A DNA stretch of 64,000 bases from Saccharofermentanales bacterium (GCA_050951845.1 JBMNJV010000005.1:193569-257568); one strand, 5' to 3'; positions 1 to 8,902 are shown, counted from the stretch's first letter. A program made the numbers and translations. The notes: generated by a model not told the origin, from the sequence alone.

Positions 1-1
1 T

Positions 2-118
2 AATTTATTGCAAGCTAAAGTTCTGGATATTGATGAAGAATTTGAACTTACGGTTCAACTTGAAGACGGTTCTATCAAAACAATTAATCATGGCGAAGCC
101 ACTTTGCATAAAGAATGA
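2..118 (+). CDS. birA: 3' end of a BirA-like biotin--protein ligase gene (5'-partial at window edge)
   Basis: The frame is open from the window edge and ends ...VLDIDEEFELTVQLEDGSIKTINHGEATLHKE* (TGA 116-118). This resembles the BirA C-terminal beta domain. It lies directly upstream of bioY, as in Firmicutes birA-bioY operons. Confidence 0.4.
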   Translation, partial: NLLQAKVLDIDEEFELTVQLEDGSIKTINHGEATLHKE

Positions 119-172
119 AACTTTTTGAATATAAAGAATGAAACTTTTGAATTAAAGAATAGAAAGCATGAA

Positions 173-742
173 ATGGTGAACTCAAAATTATCTGTCAGAC
201 AAATTACAATCAGCGCTTTAATGATTGCCGCTTTAATTGTTTGTACACAAATCTCTATCAATCTTCCGGGTGGAATTCCTTTTACAATGCAGACCTTTGC
301 AGTCGCTTTAATCGGATTCCTGCTGGGATTAAAAACGGGAACATTGGTCGTCGGAGTTTATTTAATCTTAGGTCTGATCGGTTTTCCGGTTTTTTCCAAC
401 TTCGGTTCCGGACCGGCAAAAATTTTCGGTCCGACAGGAGGATATTTAATCGGTTTTATACCGATGGTTGTTTTATGCGGTCTTGCAGCCGGTTTGATCT
501 CAAAAAACAAATCTCCGGCCACGTATATATGGGCTGTTTTGCTGTCTCTTACAGGTCTGATCTGCTGCCATTTACTGGGAATTATCTGGTTGGCGGCAAG
601 AACTGAGATGAACTTAGTCACCGCAACAATCAGCGGTTCTCTGCCTTTCATAATCAAAGATATCGCTTCAGTTATTTTAGGTTATATAACGGCGGAGATT
701 CTGGCAAAACAGCTTAACAGAATACTCAACAAAGCATCGTAG
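173..742 (+). CDS. bioY: biotin transporter BioY (ECF S-component)
   Basis: The ORF is a multi-TM protein with a BioY-like sequence (SVRQITISALMIAALIVCTQISINLPGGIPFTMQTFAVALIGFLLG...GPTGGYLIGF). The ATG at 173 is preferred over the TTG at 125, but the start is uncertain. Confidence 0.8.
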   Translation: MVNSKLSVRQITISALMIAALIVCTQISINLPGGIPFTMQTFAVALIGFLLGLKTGTLVVGVYLILGLIGFPVFSNFGSGPAKIFGPTGGYLIGFIPMVVLCGLAAGLISKNKSPATYIWAVLLSLTGLICCHLLGIIWLAARTEMNLVTATISGSLPFIIKDIASVILGYITAEILAKQLNRILNKAS

Positions 743-748
743 TTTAAA

Positions 749-1267
749 TTAATCAATAAGCGGTACAACCGAAATAACACAAAAAGCTTCTATACCTTCG
801 CCGCGTCCGACATCAGTCAGACCCTCCCCGCTGGTTGCAGTAAGCATAACTTGTTGAAGCTCAAGTTCCGTGATTTGAGCAATCGATTTTCTGATTTCCG
901 TAATCAGCGGTAATAGTTTAGGGCGACGTGCTTGTACCGTAAAACTTATATGTAAAATCTCATAGTTAAGATCCGCCAAATCAGCTAAAGCTAATTCCAA
1001 GTATGCTTTGCTGTCAGTAATTCCATGGTTCAAACACAATTCATCGGCTACCGTACCGAGAATCGGTTTACAAGTAATTCCGGATATGGCATTGGTTAAG
1101 GCATGGAGCAAAACATCCGCATCACTATTTCCTGCTAGCCCCCGGCAATCCTTAATTTCCACTCCGCCCAATACTAAAACTTTCGGATCACCTTCTTCGA
1201 CAAATCTGTGGCTGTCTTGACCGATGGCTTGAATGGAATAATAATTTTGCTTAGATCTATTTGACAT
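749..1267 (-). CDS. IspF (YgbB) family protein, divergent (2-C-methyl-D-erythritol 2,4-cyclodiphosphate synthase-like)
   Basis: It is collinear with IspF: IGQ-DSH-RF, GNSDADVLLHA, ...VQARRPKL..., GRGEGI. The HSDAD His is Asn and the DIGK-FPDTD segment is replaced (see finding). Confidence 0.65.
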   Translation of the reverse strand: MSNRSKQNYYSIQAIGQDSHRFVEEGDPKVLVLGGVEIKDCRGLAGNSDADVLLHALTNAISGITCKPILGTVADELCLNHGITDSKAYLELALADLADLNYEILHISFTVQARRPKLLPLITEIRKSIAQITELELQQVMLTATSGEGLTDVGRGEGIEAFCVISVVPLID

Positions 1268-1361
1268 GATTTTTTCTCCGTTTTAAGTAATTAATTGAGA
1301 TATCTGGTATGTATAAATATTCTTTGTCATTAAGAGACTTGTATTCTGCATCGTTTTGTCA

Positions 1362-2117
1362 TTAATCGGGATCGGGTATTCTGCATCGTATCGTGTGATA
1401 GCCTCCCGACTTATCCACAACAGTGACATCCGAAAATAATTCCTGTAAATATTTTAAAGCCGAAACAGCTCCCTGTTTTTTTTGCATGACAGTGTAGAAA
1501 ACACCATCATAATTTATTGCTGCCGCAACTTCAGCAAATAATCGATAACAAACATCTTTGCCTGTACGGATTGGCGGATTCAGTAAAATCAGATCAAATT
1601 CTCTTTTTTTATCAGATATGTTTGTTCCTGGCAAAAGCTTTGAAGTTTTGTCTGATTCATTTGAGGCAGAGATTGATTCCGGAATACCGTCAGATTCAAT
1701 TACCGTAATATCCAGACCATGTTTTTCAGAATTTCTTTTGGTTAATTCAACCGCTCTTGGATTTATATCCACCGCATACCATTTTTGTCTTAAAAAAAAT
1801 GTATTCAAAACTATTGAAACAACTCCATAGCCACACCCTAAATCCAGGCACTTTTTCATCTGAACGTCTTTCAGCGATTCAGTCATGCTTTGTCGAGATT
1901 TATCAAATTCATTATTATCAGAAAAACCGGAACAATTATCTGTTAATTCTTTCAGAACAGTTTTCAACATAACGTTTGTGCCATAATCTACTTTATTGCG
2001 CGAGAAAACTCCGCGATCAGTATAAAATTTAAAATCACGTCGGCTAATTGTATATTCAATTATTTTGATTTCATGATCTAATGCATGATCCGTTTTGAAA
2101 TAATGTGATTGTGTCAT
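1362..2117 (-). CDS. class I SAM-dependent methyltransferase (RsmC/MTS small-domain type)
   Basis: It has SAM motif I (LDLGCGYGVVS) and an NPPxxxG-type motif (LILLNPPIRTGK). Confidence 0.7.
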   Translation of the reverse strand: MTQSHYFKTDHALDHEIKIIEYTISRRDFKFYTDRGVFSRNKVDYGTNVMLKTVLKELTDNCSGFSDNNEFDKSRQSMTESLKDVQMKKCLDLGCGYGVVSIVLNTFFLRQKWYAVDINPRAVELTKRNSEKHGLDITVIESDGIPESISASNESDKTSKLLPGTNISDKKREFDLILLNPPIRTGKDVCYRLFAEVAAAINYDGVFYTVMQKKQGAVSALKYLQELFSDVTVVDKSGGYHTIRCRIPDPD

Positions 2118-2284
2118 ATTTATTAATTTTCATTATATCGCTTAGTAATCGTTGTATTGCATTTAATAGAATTATCTTCGCTTTGAAATAGTTCATTAAA
2201 GTTTTCAAAGACTGCTTGTGCAAATTCAAACTAAAATATAATCTGTCATTTGCTAATATTCATATTCCATTAAGTTACAATATA

Positions 2285-2857
2285 TCAGATATAATTTAAA
2301 ATAGCTTTGTTTTTACTCAAACCTATTAAAAGCGGTAAGCCCAGACCGAAAATTACAATTGTTTGCGAAAGTGTTATAGAGAGGATTGTGGTTAAAATAA
2401 CTCCGATTACAGGGGTTTCCGGCGAGAAGAGAAATGGCAAATATGTTCCGACAATCAATCCGTTAAGAATTACCGGCGGAATCAGAGAAACAATTTTAGA
2501 AATGTTGGCACGTTTACGTAATCCGGCCTCTGCAAGTTGTTTGGTCTGATCCGTTTTCAAATATCGTCGGAACGGTTTTGCCAAAATATATGTTAAAAAA
2601 GCTGCGATTAAGGTTGTCAAGCTTCCTCCCAGAATATCAATCGGGCCGAGATTTTGCGGATTTAAAAAATTAGCTAAAAGACAACCTAGAAAGACCCCGG
2701 GGATTGCCGCGGGAGTGAGAGCCGGCAAAACAGTAATCGCTTCCGCCAGTCTGAATTGGATCATGCCGGATGCTATCTGAGCAAAAGGCAAGGTTAAAAC
2801 CAAATATAGCCCCGCCAAAACACCGGCTAAAATTAAATCAAAATATTTTCTTTTCAT
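2285..2857 (-). CDS. queT: QueT family queuosine-precursor transporter (ECF S-component)
   Basis: It shows the QueT-like pattern IQFRLAEAITVLPALTPAAIPGVFLGCLLANFL...DILGGSLTTLIAAFLTY and is a multi-TM protein. Confidence 0.75.
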   Translation of the reverse strand: MKRKYFDLILAGVLAGLYLVLTLPFAQIASGMIQFRLAEAITVLPALTPAAIPGVFLGCLLANFLNPQNLGPIDILGGSLTTLIAAFLTYILAKPFRRYLKTDQTKQLAEAGLRKRANISKIVSLIPPVILNGLIVGTYLPFLFSPETPVIGVILTTILSITLSQTIVIFGLGLPLLIGLSKNKAILNYI

Positions 2858-2964
2858 TTATACCTCCAAAGATGAGAAACAGTCATCCGGAAATCAGAAT
2901 TTAATTATACCTTAAATAAAGATTTAATTGATCATTAAATCAGGTTTTAATAAATAAAAATAAA

Positions 2965-3026
2965 GTTTGATGAATTATTTTATCAGGGTTTAAAAGTTTG
3001 ATAAATCATTTTATCAGGGTTTAAAT
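2965..3026. repeat. 31-bp x2 tandem direct repeat between the sanA-like stop and the queT promoter
   Basis: The copies are GTTTGATGAATTATTTTATCAGGGTTTAAAA (2965-2995) and GTTTGATAAATCATTTTATCAGGGTTTAAAT (2996-3026). Confidence 0.9.
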
Positions 3027-3036
3027 GATTATTTAA

Positions 3037-3699
3037 TTAAGGTTTGATTATGCCTTTAATAAAATCTTTATCACGTGCAAAGATCTCTCTGGTTTCACGC
3101 AGCCATTGATCCGAGTATCTGTGTTGATCCGCTATCACACCGTTGGTGTTAAGTCCCAGTTGATTGGCAAGATAGATCGCGCGATAAAGATGATATTTTT
3201 GGCTAACCAGTAAAACCTTTTGAAAATTAAATATATTCAAACAACGTTGAACACTCTCATATGTTGAAAAACCGGACTTATCAAGAATCAAGTCTGATTC
3301 AGGTACACCTTGGTTCAAAATATATTCTCTCATTACTTTGACTTCATCATAACCTTTTTCATCAGCTGAACCGTGACCGCTCAGCAATAATTTCGGCACA
3401 ACACCCGCTTGGTACAGAGCCACCCCCATATCCAAGCGTTCTTGTAAAATAGGCGAAGGCTTGCCATCACGTACTCCCGCCCCAAAGATCAAAGCAGATT
3501 CATAGTCTTGAGATGTAATATTTTGAAGCGTGGTAATTTGACCGGAAGTTATTGTTATAATATATAGATTCGGTAAAAAGATCAGTAACAGAAAAATAAT
3601 TATTATCATCAACAATCTTTTCCATTTAGTTTTAGATTTAGTATTAGACTTAGTCTTAGATCTAATATTTGTCATTTTTTTATGCACTCCCTGATTCAA
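3037..3699 (-). CDS. SanA/YdcF (DUF218) family membrane-anchored protein
   Basis: It has an N-terminal TM segment followed by a DUF218 pattern (LIFGAGVRDGKPSPILQERLD...LLLSGHGS...YDEVKVMREYL...LDKSGFSTYES). Confidence 0.75.
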   Translation of the reverse strand: MNQGVHKKMTNIRSKTKSNTKSKTKWKRLLMIIIIFLLLIFLPNLYIITITSGQITTLQNITSQDYESALIFGAGVRDGKPSPILQERLDMGVALYQAGVVPKLLLSGHGSADEKGYDEVKVMREYILNQGVPESDLILDKSGFSTYESVQRCLNIFNFQKVLLVSQKYHLYRAIYLANQLGLNTNGVIADQHRYSDQWLRETREIFARDKDFIKGIIKP

Positions 3700-3847
3700 A
3701 ACATCATTATCGGTAATAAAACTACAATTATTTTATTTCCCAACATTATCCTATCCTATCTTATCTTTTTTGAGATTAATAAGAACTTTGAGTATTGTAA
3801 ATTTTGACACCTCTGACTTAGTTTACATCTGTTTCTTGAGCGAATTA

Positions 3848-4155
3848 TGCCAAAAAAGCCGGCGCTGTGGGCTGCAATCCGCAGGATCGAAAATTTTGGC
3901 ACAGCAAGAGTGGTTTCAGACAGATATCTGGTTTTGTTGTGCCAAAAAAGCCGGCGCTGTGGGCTGCAATCCGCAGGAACAAAAATTTTGGCACGGCAAG
4001 AGTGGTTTCAGACAGATATCTGGTTTTACTGTGCCAAAAAAGCCGGCGCTGTGGGCTGCAATCCGCAGGATCGAAAATTTTGGCACGGCAAGGGTGATTT
4101 CAGATAGTTATCTGGTTGTGCTGTGCCAAAAAAGCCGGTTCTGTGGGCTGAAATC
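3848..4155. repeat. 92-bp structured tandem repeat array (3 full units plus the left part of a 4th unit cut by the IS)
   Basis: Units start at 3848, 3940, 4032 and 4124 (TGCCAAAAAAGCCGG...). Each holds a 9-bp stem (GTGCCAAAA...TTTTGGCAC) enclosing a CTGC-AATCC-GCAG hairpin, plus a CAGATATCTG palindrome. Confidence 0.95.
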
Positions 4156-4192
4156 TGAGCTGCACCCAAAAACCCGGACTCAATGTTTTTAT

Positions 4193-5047
4193 TTATGCGG
4201 CATGTTTTCTGTATTCGACAGGTGACATACCGTTTAAATTAACTTTAATTCGTTTATGATTATACCAATTTATATAACTTTGAATAGCTCGTTTTAACTC
4301 TGTGATAGATTGGAACGTAACTCCGTAGAACATTTCTTGCTTTAACAAACCGAAAAAGTTTTCCATAGGAGAGTTATCGATACAGTTTCCTTTTCTTGAC
4401 ATACTTTGTTCAATTTGATTTTGTTCTAAACAGTCTGTCCATGCTTTATGCTGATATTGAAAACCTTGATCCGAATGTATAGTTAAATCATGTTGAGCCG
4501 GTAGCTTCTTAATAGCTTCTTGCAGGGCTTTTTTCGTAAACTTAACCGATGGACTTGTAGAAAGACTGAAAGAGACGATTTCTCTGTTGTATAAATCCAT
4601 GATGGGTGATAGGAATAATTTCTGTTCTATTCCCGGAAGTTTAAACTCTGTGACATCAGTAACCCATTTTTCGTACATAGAATCTGCCTTGAAATCTCGT
4701 TTTAATTTATTGTCAGCTATCTTGCCTACCTTGCCTTTATAGGAGCTGTATTTTCGATTCTTTTTTCCATACGTTTGACATAGCAGGTTGTTTTCTTTCA
4801 TGATTCGTAATACACGTTTATGGTTCACAACACATCCTCGTTTTTTCAAAGCTATCGTCACCCTGCGATACCCATAGGTATCCTTGGCTTCCTCAATTAT
4901 ATTGCGGATAGCCGTGATCATTTCAGCATCTTTGCTTTCCGATGTATTCCATTTATGGGTCCATTCATAGAATGAGCTTTTAGGTAAATCGGCTATTTCT
5001 AATAAGCTGGATAACTGCATTTCTGGATTTTCTTGCCTTAATTCCAT
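4193..5047 (-). CDS. IS3-family transposase OrfB (DDE/rve integrase core)
   Basis: It has rve-type motifs (WVTDVTEF, HSDQGFQY, SRKGNCIDNSPMENFFGLLKQE). It is in the -1 frame relative to orfA. Confidence 0.9.
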   Translation of the reverse strand: MELRQENPEMQLSSLLEIADLPKSSFYEWTHKWNTSESKDAEMITAIRNIIEEAKDTYGYRRVTIALKKRGCVVNHKRVLRIMKENNLLCQTYGKKNRKYSSYKGKVGKIADNKLKRDFKADSMYEKWVTDVTEFKLPGIEQKLFLSPIMDLYNREIVSFSLSTSPSVKFTKKALQEAIKKLPAQHDLTIHSDQGFQYQHKAWTDCLEQNQIEQSMSRKGNCIDNSPMENFFGLLKQEMFYGVTFQSITELKRAIQSYINWYNHKRIKVNLNGMSPVEYRKHAA

Positions 5048-5628
5048 TACCAGTTTCGTTTTTTCTTTGCTTCTAAATTTTCTTCGTGAATTAAGGCTTG
5101 CAACTTTTTTTCATAGGCCAAACTCACTTTTAGAAATTCATTTTCTTTTCTTAATCGTTTCAGTTCTTGACGCTCTGAATCACTTAATGGTTCTTCCACT
5201 ATTGCATCCTTTACTTGATCCGATTGGTTGGTTGTTTTTTTATCTAACATATCTTCCTTGGTTTGTTTTCTCTTTTTACTTTGCAGACCGGCCATGCCTT
5301 CTTTGTCATACCGATTCTGCCAATTCTTGATCATACCAAAATTCTTAATTTTAAAATGGCGGGCCGTCTCTTTATAGGTTAATTCGTGTAATTTTCTGTA
5401 TTGTAGTACAGATAGCTTATATTCTCCACTATATGAGTTTTTTTTCATTACTTTTCTAAGGCCATCTGCTCCATATTGACGATAGTCATAAACCCATTTT
5501 CTTATAGAAGCTTCCGTTGCTATTCCATATTTTTTCGCCAATGACTCATGACTTCCTTCACCATTTAGATACGCTAACACTACCTTCAATTTAAGTTCAA
5601 ACTTATACGATTTGTTTTTTCTGCTCAT
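5047..5628 (-). CDS. IS3-family transposase OrfA (HTH plus leucine-zipper-like region)
   Basis: The N-terminal HTH-like region and coiled C-terminus are typical of IS3 OrfA. An A6 run (GAAAAAAC, 5059-5064 on the minus strand) lies 20 nt before the stop, a plausible -1 frameshift site. TAATG overlaps the orfB start. Confidence 0.85.
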   Translation of the reverse strand: MSRKNKSYKFELKLKVVLAYLNGEGSHESLAKKYGIATEASIRKWVYDYRQYGADGLRKVMKKNSYSGEYKLSVLQYRKLHELTYKETARHFKIKNFGMIKNWQNRYDKEGMAGLQSKKRKQTKEDMLDKKTTNQSDQVKDAIVEEPLSDSERQELKRLRKENEFLKVSLAYEKKLQALIHEENLEAKKKRNW

Positions 5629-5673
5629 TATTAAAAACCCTTTCTTTGAGTCCGGGTTTTGGGGGGCAGCTCA

Positions 5674-5699
5674 ATCCGCAGGATCGAAAATTTTGGCAC
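5674..5699. repeat. right part of the 4th 92-bp repeat unit (continuation after the IS)
   Basis: ATCCGCAGGATCGAAAATTTTGGCAC completes the hairpin that is interrupted at 4155. Confidence 0.9.
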
Positions 5700-5737
5700 G
5701 GTTACTCATTAGAAAATCGTTTTCTGCTTCAGAATCT

Positions 5738-8700
5738 TTAGCCGACAACCTCCATACCGATAGTTAAATCTTGACCATTAATGTTTACACTTGATACATG
5801 AGGAACACCGTCCTGTAAAGGTGCAACGGATACAGCTAAAACATCTTCTTTTATTGTATCGGCAAAACGTTCAATCAATTCACCTAATTCTGCATTATCC
5901 GCATAGTACAGATTAATTCGATCGGCAACTTCAAATCCGCTATCCCGACGCATATTTTGGATTTTTGAAACGATTTCACGTACGTTGCCTTCATCAATCA
6001 ATTCAGGAGTTAAGGTTGTATCTAAAGCAACCGTCACACCATAATCGGAAGCAGTCGCTAAACCTTCGGCTTGAATTGCAGAAACCAACAAATCTTCTTC
6101 GGTGAAAGTTTCCGTTACACCGGCAATTTCCAGCTCAATTTGACCTTTTGCTTGTAATTCAAGATAAGCTGCCCGACCGTTAATCGATGCAAGTTTTTTA
6201 CTTACCTCACCTAAGTTTTTACCAAAACGTGGTCCTAATAAACGAAGTTGCGGTTTGAATTGATAATCCTGCAATTCAGTTGCATCAGTAATCCATTCCA
6301 CTTGTTTGACATTTAATTCGTCAGCAACCAACGGTATATAAGCATCATCCAACTTCTCATCGGAAACAATGAACATTTTAGTCAAAGGCTGACGGATTTT
6401 CATTTCTGAAATATTTCTTGCCGCACGACCGAGATTAACCAAATCCAAAACAATTTGCATTTGTTGCTCTAATTCCGGCTTAATTTTAGTGACATCATAG
6501 GTAGGAAAATCAGACAAATGAACACTTTCCGGTGCATCAGCAAAGAAATTAACTACTATATTTTGATAGATGTTTTCTGTCATGAACGGAATAAATGGAG
6601 CGGACAATCTGGTTAAAGTTTCCAGAACGGTAAACAAAGTCATATATGCATTAACTTTATCTTGTTCCATTCCGGAACCCCAGTAACGATCACGTGAGCG
6701 ACGAACGTACCAGTTAGTCAAATCATCGACAAATTTTTCCATGACTCGGGTTGAACCGGTGATATCATATTTTTCCATTCGTTGATCAACATCCTGTACC
6801 AAGGTGTTCAAACGGCTCAAAATCCAATGATCCATGACACTTAATTTATCATATTCAAGTTGATAACGGCTCGGATCAAATTGATCAATATCAGCATATA
6901 AGACGTAGAATGCATAGGTATTCCATAATCCGCTGATAAATTTGCGTTTCATCTCATTAACCATCTGAGCGGAAAAACGTGAAGGTAACCAAGGCTGACT
7001 GTTGCTGAAGAAATACCAGCGCACAGCATCTGCCCCTTCTTCGTCCAGTACTTCAAACGGATCGACAACATTGCCGATATGCTTCGACATCTTACGACCT
7101 TCTTCATCAAGAACATGACCCATTACAATACAATTTTCAAAAGGTGAACGATCAAATACCGCTGTTCCCAGTGCCATAAGGGTATAGAACCAGCCTCTGG
7201 TTTGATCAACAGCCTCTGAAATAAAATCGGCAGGGAATGTTTTCTCGAATAATTCCTGATTTTCAAAAGGATAATGATATTGGGCAAAAGGCATTGCACC
7301 CGAATCAAACCAACCATCGATAACTTCCGGTACTCTTTGCATCTTGCCTTGACATTCAGGACAATTAAGATGGACTGCATCAATATAGGGTCGATGCAAT
7401 TCAATATCTTCCGGACAATTATCCGACATCGCTTTCAGCTCTTCTATCGAACCAACCAGATGATCGTGTCCGCAATCTTCACAACGCCAAATCGGTAGCG
7501 GTGTACCCCAATATCTTTCGCGTGACAAAGCCCAGTCTACAACATTTTCCAGGAACTTACCGAAACGGCCGGTCCCGATAGTCGGCGGAATCCAATTAAC
7601 AGTACTGTTATTGGCAACCAGCTGATCTCTCAATTCAGTCATTTTTACAAACCAAGACTGACGGGCATAGTACATCAACGGTGTATGACAACGCCAGCAG
7701 AACGGATAATTATGTGTGTGTTCCTGAGTTTTTAATAACAATCCGCGTTCTTGCAGATTTTTAATAATTTTCGGATCCGCTTCTTTGAAAGATAATCCGG
7801 CAAAATCTGTTGCCTCTTCAGGCATCGTTCCGTCTTCTTGAATAAATTGAACAAACGGTAAATCATAGATACGACCGACACGAGCGTCATCATCGCCGAA
7901 AGCAGGCGCCTGATGTACGATTCCGGTACCCTCATCCATCGTGACATATGTGTCCATCACAACATAAAAAGCGTCTTTTTTCTGTTGTGCAATCAGCGGT
8001 TCCGCATACGGGAATAATGGCTGATATTTTTTATTAACCAAATCCTTGCCTTGCATTCTCTCTATTACGGTATAGTTTTCACCTAATACATCTTCGGCCA
8101 AAGATTCACCGACATAGTATCGGATTTGTTTAGCAGTGCCGTCAATATCCTGATTTACTTCAGCCAAAACATAATACTCTTCCGGATGTACACAGAGTGC
8201 AAGGTTCGACGGTAAGGTCCAAGGAGTCGTTGTCCAGGCAGTCAGATATGTATCCGTTTCGCCTTCAACCGCAAAACGCACATATACTGACGATTCGGTG
8301 ACATCTTCATAACCTTGAGCTACTTCATGACTTGATAAGGCTGTTCCGCAACGCGGACAATAAGGTACAACTTTATGTCCCTGATAAATCAATCCTTTAT
8401 CCCAGATCTGACGCAAAGCCCACCAACCTGATTCGATATAATTGTTTTCATATGTAATATAGGGATTCTCCATGTCTGCCCAAAAAGCTATTCTTTCAGA
8501 CATTTCTTCCCATTCGTTTGTATATTTCCAAACACTTTCTTTACATTTTTTGATAAAAGGCTCTATGCCATATTCTTCAATTTGTTCTTTGCCGTCCAAA
8601 CCCAGCAGACGTTCGACTTCCAGTTCAACCGGTAACCCATGTGTATCCCAACCGGCTTTACGATATACGTTTTTGCCTTTCATGATGTGGTAGCGCGGAA

Positions 8701-8902
8701 TAACGTCTTTAATAACTCTGGTCAGAACATGGCCGATATGCGGTTTACCGTTTGCTGTCGGCGGACCGTCATAAAAAACGAAATTTTCACCGTTTTTCCG
8801 GAGTTTAGTTTGTTTGTCAAAAATTTTATTATCATTCCAAAACTTCGAAATCTTTTTTTCACGTTCGACAAAATCTAATGAACTATCTACTTTTGTATAC
8901 AT
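5738..8902 (-). CDS. ileS: isoleucine--tRNA ligase (type 2, long form)
   Basis: It carries the class I signatures PPTANGKPHIGH (HIGH) and KMSKHIGN (KMSKS). At 1054 aa it shows IleRS-like sequence throughout, and an Ile T-box lies upstream. Confidence 0.95.
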   Translation of the reverse strand: MYTKVDSSLDFVEREKKISKFWNDNKIFDKQTKLRKNGENFVFYDGPPTANGKPHIGHVLTRVIKDVIPRYHIMKGKNVYRKAGWDTHGLPVELEVERLLGLDGKEQIEEYGIEPFIKKCKESVWKYTNEWEEMSERIAFWADMENPYITYENNYIESGWWALRQIWDKGLIYQGHKVVPYCPRCGTALSSHEVAQGYEDVTESSVYVRFAVEGETDTYLTAWTTTPWTLPSNLALCVHPEEYYVLAEVNQDIDGTAKQIRYYVGESLAEDVLGENYTVIERMQGKDLVNKKYQPLFPYAEPLIAQQKKDAFYVVMDTYVTMDEGTGIVHQAPAFGDDDARVGRIYDLPFVQFIQEDGTMPEEATDFAGLSFKEADPKIIKNLQERGLLLKTQEHTHNYPFCWRCHTPLMYYARQSWFVKMTELRDQLVANNSTVNWIPPTIGTGRFGKFLENVVDWALSRERYWGTPLPIWRCEDCGHDHLVGSIEELKAMSDNCPEDIELHRPYIDAVHLNCPECQGKMQRVPEVIDGWFDSGAMPFAQYHYPFENQELFEKTFPADFISEAVDQTRGWFYTLMALGTAVFDRSPFENCIVMGHVLDEEGRKMSKHIGNVVDPFEVLDEEGADAVRWYFFSNSQPWLPSRFSAQMVNEMKRKFISGLWNTYAFYVLYADIDQFDPSRYQLEYDKLSVMDHWILSRLNTLVQDVDQRMEKYDITGSTRVMEKFVDDLTNWYVRRSRDRYWGSGMEQDKVNAYMTLFTVLETLTRLSAPFIPFMTENIYQNIVVNFFADAPESVHLSDFPTYDVTKIKPELEQQMQIVLDLVNLGRAARNISEMKIRQPLTKMFIVSDEKLDDAYIPLVADELNVKQVEWITDATELQDYQFKPQLRLLGPRFGKNLGEVSKKLASINGRAAYLELQAKGQIELEIAGVTETFTEEDLLVSAIQAEGLATASDYGVTVALDTTLTPELIDEGNVREIVSKIQNMRRDSGFEVADRINLYYADNAELGELIERFADTIKEDVLAVSVAPLQDGVPHVSSVNINGQDLTIGMEVVG

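Larger units (their letters stand above)
4156..5673 (-). mobile_element. IS3-family insertion sequence (IS150-like organisation), apparently intact
   Basis: The 28-bp terminal inverted repeats are TGAGCTGCACCCAAAAACCCGGACTCAA (4156-4183) and the reverse complement of 5646-5673, matching 26/28, with TG...CA ends. A 3-bp direct repeat ATC flanks it (4153-4155 and 5674-5676). orfA and orfB are in the 0/-1 frame arrangement. Confidence 0.9.

Noticed and set aside
2858-2960. Canonical preQ1-I or preQ1-II riboswitch immediately upstream of queT.
   Set aside because: The leader after the TATAAT box is only about 45 nt and lacks the CCC...AAAAAACUA tail or preQ1-II motifs.
3848-4155. Possible CRISPR array (also considered for 39762-39892 and 57823-57909).
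   Set aside because: The repeat units abut each other with no unique spacers, and no cas genes are present in the window. These are plain tandem repeats.
3770-4225. Three overlapping plus-strand ORFs (3770-4225, 3847-4107, 3867-4097) encoding repetitive Cys/Arg/Lys-rich peptides.
   Set aside because: They are the same 92-bp DNA repeat read in all three frames, since 92 is not divisible by 3. They have no RBS and no protein-like composition, and the first runs into the IS terminus. They are treated as artefacts of a non-coding repeat.
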